The notes beneath the pieces are model-generated. The model saw only the letters and a list, made by a program, of their open reading frames with translations. It ran no database searches and had not been told where the DNA came from. Position numbers and translations under genes: made by a program. Positions 62,811 to 64,000 of a DNA stretch of 64,000 nt are shown here, piece by piece. Where the stretch lies: positions 124,001-188,000 of the forward strand of contig JBLWGC010000208.1 of assembly GCA_048772705.1 (NCBI GenBank), in the 5' to 3' direction. Positions within the stretch are counted from its first letter, which is position 1, and the number at the start of each line of letters is the position of its first letter. This DNA comes from Leidyana gryllorum EB-2025a. Taxonomy: Eukaryota; Protista; Apicomplexa.

Positions 62811-64000
62811 ATGCGTACTCTTCTTCCTTTGTGTTACTTGGCCCTGCTGGCCGCTGGACACCCCCGCGAACTACTCGAGGTGACTGATGCCGTCCCGAGC
62901 TCTGAGGCCGCTGTCACCATTGAGGAATTCGATACTCAAACTGACTGTGCTAACATCCTTGTCAGCGATGACGAAAACCAAGACATTGAGTTCAAACCTA
63001 ACCATCATCATCATCACCACCATCACGCTCGCCACCACCACCACCATCCCCCGCCACCGCCCCCTCTGGTGTTCCTGAACATTCCTAAGGGGATGGCAAG
63101 CGATGCTCAGGACCTTCCCCCAATTCCGGTGATGATCGATGTCGCTCATCTCGACGTCTTCATTGATAACCACCCTAAGGTCGGCATCTTCCCGCCCAGG
63201 CGGCCTGGCAATCTCCGCCGATCTCCCTTCGCACCTCCGCTCAGCGAAGACCAGTTCCGTGTTCTGGGCATGTTCAACGCCAAAAGCTTTTTCCTTCCAT
63301 CACTTGACAAGGCCGAGCAGCCTCAGGAGGGCTGCCAGGGCTTACATGGATCTGACTCGGGTTGCTCTTCTCACTCTGCTGACAATGAGGCCGAGAAAGT
63401 CAATGACAGCGCCGCCAAGAATAACGTCGAGGAGGAGACACCCTCGGCCCCCGAGAGACAAATGAGGGCCAGTCACCATCACTCCTCCTCCAATCACTCG
63501 CATCACTCAGCTGATGGCTCGAGCAGTCACCACAGTATGAGTGGCTCCGAAGGGGGAGACGGCGAGGAGGGGATGATGAAGGCCCACCAGAACTACAATA
63601 TGGGGCACAGCCGGATGCACCGGGATCATCATCAGCACCACCATGGCAACAGTACTGAGACTGTAGCCCCTATGCACTGTGGAAAGGAATGTTCCATGCA
63701 CAAGGAGGGAGGCTGCGAGAAGTGTGCTATGCACGAGAAGATAAAGGGCGGGATGGAAATTGTTGCCGACGACATGGGATCGGAACATCATCACCCACAC
63801 CAATCCAAGCATGAAAAGGAGAACAAAATGATGCAGCCCCAAATGGGCGACAAGAAGAACGATCTGCACAATCTGCCCGGTATCGCTATTCCCCCTCTCA
63901 TCTCTCTCGGAGACAACCCTTTGGTGGTTTCTGACTCCCATTTGGACAAGACGGAGCCCTCTCATCATCACCACCACCATCATCACGGCCGCAAGTTGGA
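62811..64000 (+). CDS. Secreted histidine-rich protein (partial; runs off the window)
   Basis: Hand translation from ATG 62811 is open to 64000: MRTLLPLCYLALLAAG signal peptide, then HHHHHHHHARHHHHH, further His tracts and a CGKECSMH..CEKC motif. Absent from the ORF track because it has no stop. Confidence 0.85.
   Translation, partial: MRTLLPLCYLALLAAGHPRELLEVTDAVPSSEAAVTIEEFDTQTDCANILVSDDENQDIEFKPNHHHHHHHHARHHHHHPPPPPPLVFLNIPKGMASDAQDLPPIPVMIDVAHLDVFIDNHPKVGIFPPRRPGNLRRSPFAPPLSEDQFRVLGMFNAKSFFLPSLDKAEQPQEGCQGLHGSDSGCSSHSADNEAEKVNDSAAKNNVEEETPSAPERQMRASHHHSSSNHSHHSADGSSSHHSMSGSEGGDGEEGMMKAHQNYNMGHSRMHRDHHQHHHGNSTETVAPMHCGKECSMHKEGGCEKCAMHEKIKGGMEIVADDMGSEHHHPHQSKHEKENKMMQPQMGDKKNDLHNLPGIAIPPLISLGDNPLVVSDSHLDKTEPSHHHHHHHHGRKL

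Overview
Gene-dense eukaryotic DNA with short (about 40-65 nt) GT-AG introns. It is almost certainly apicomplexan (CDPK5-like kinase, IMP1-like protein), and the compaction suggests a gregarine-type genome (inference). Two housekeeping blocks fill about 1-37.5 kb and 50.3-64 kb. They hold CDPK, a giant PHD/PLU-1-like chromatin gene, HACD/PTPLA, IMP1-like, RuvBL2, a large mucin-like TM protein, a PP2C lacking its catalytic Asps, RPS6, Exo5, NOL10, NTH1, PWP2, RPL39 and a His-rich secreted ORF. Spacers are extremely short: divergent ATGs lie 15-27 bp apart and tandem or convergent gaps are 2-14 bp. Between the blocks is an accessory island. It starts with an intronless, E. coli YicI-like alpha-xylosidase (likely HGT). 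About 10 kb follow with at least 3 broken copies of an unknown gene plus 3 copies of a second module. These copies are cut by small inversions and by a 377-bp hairpin-rich insertion with a 6-bp direct repeat, whose removal restores the reading frame. All homology calls come from recognised motifs and by-eye alignment; no searches were run.
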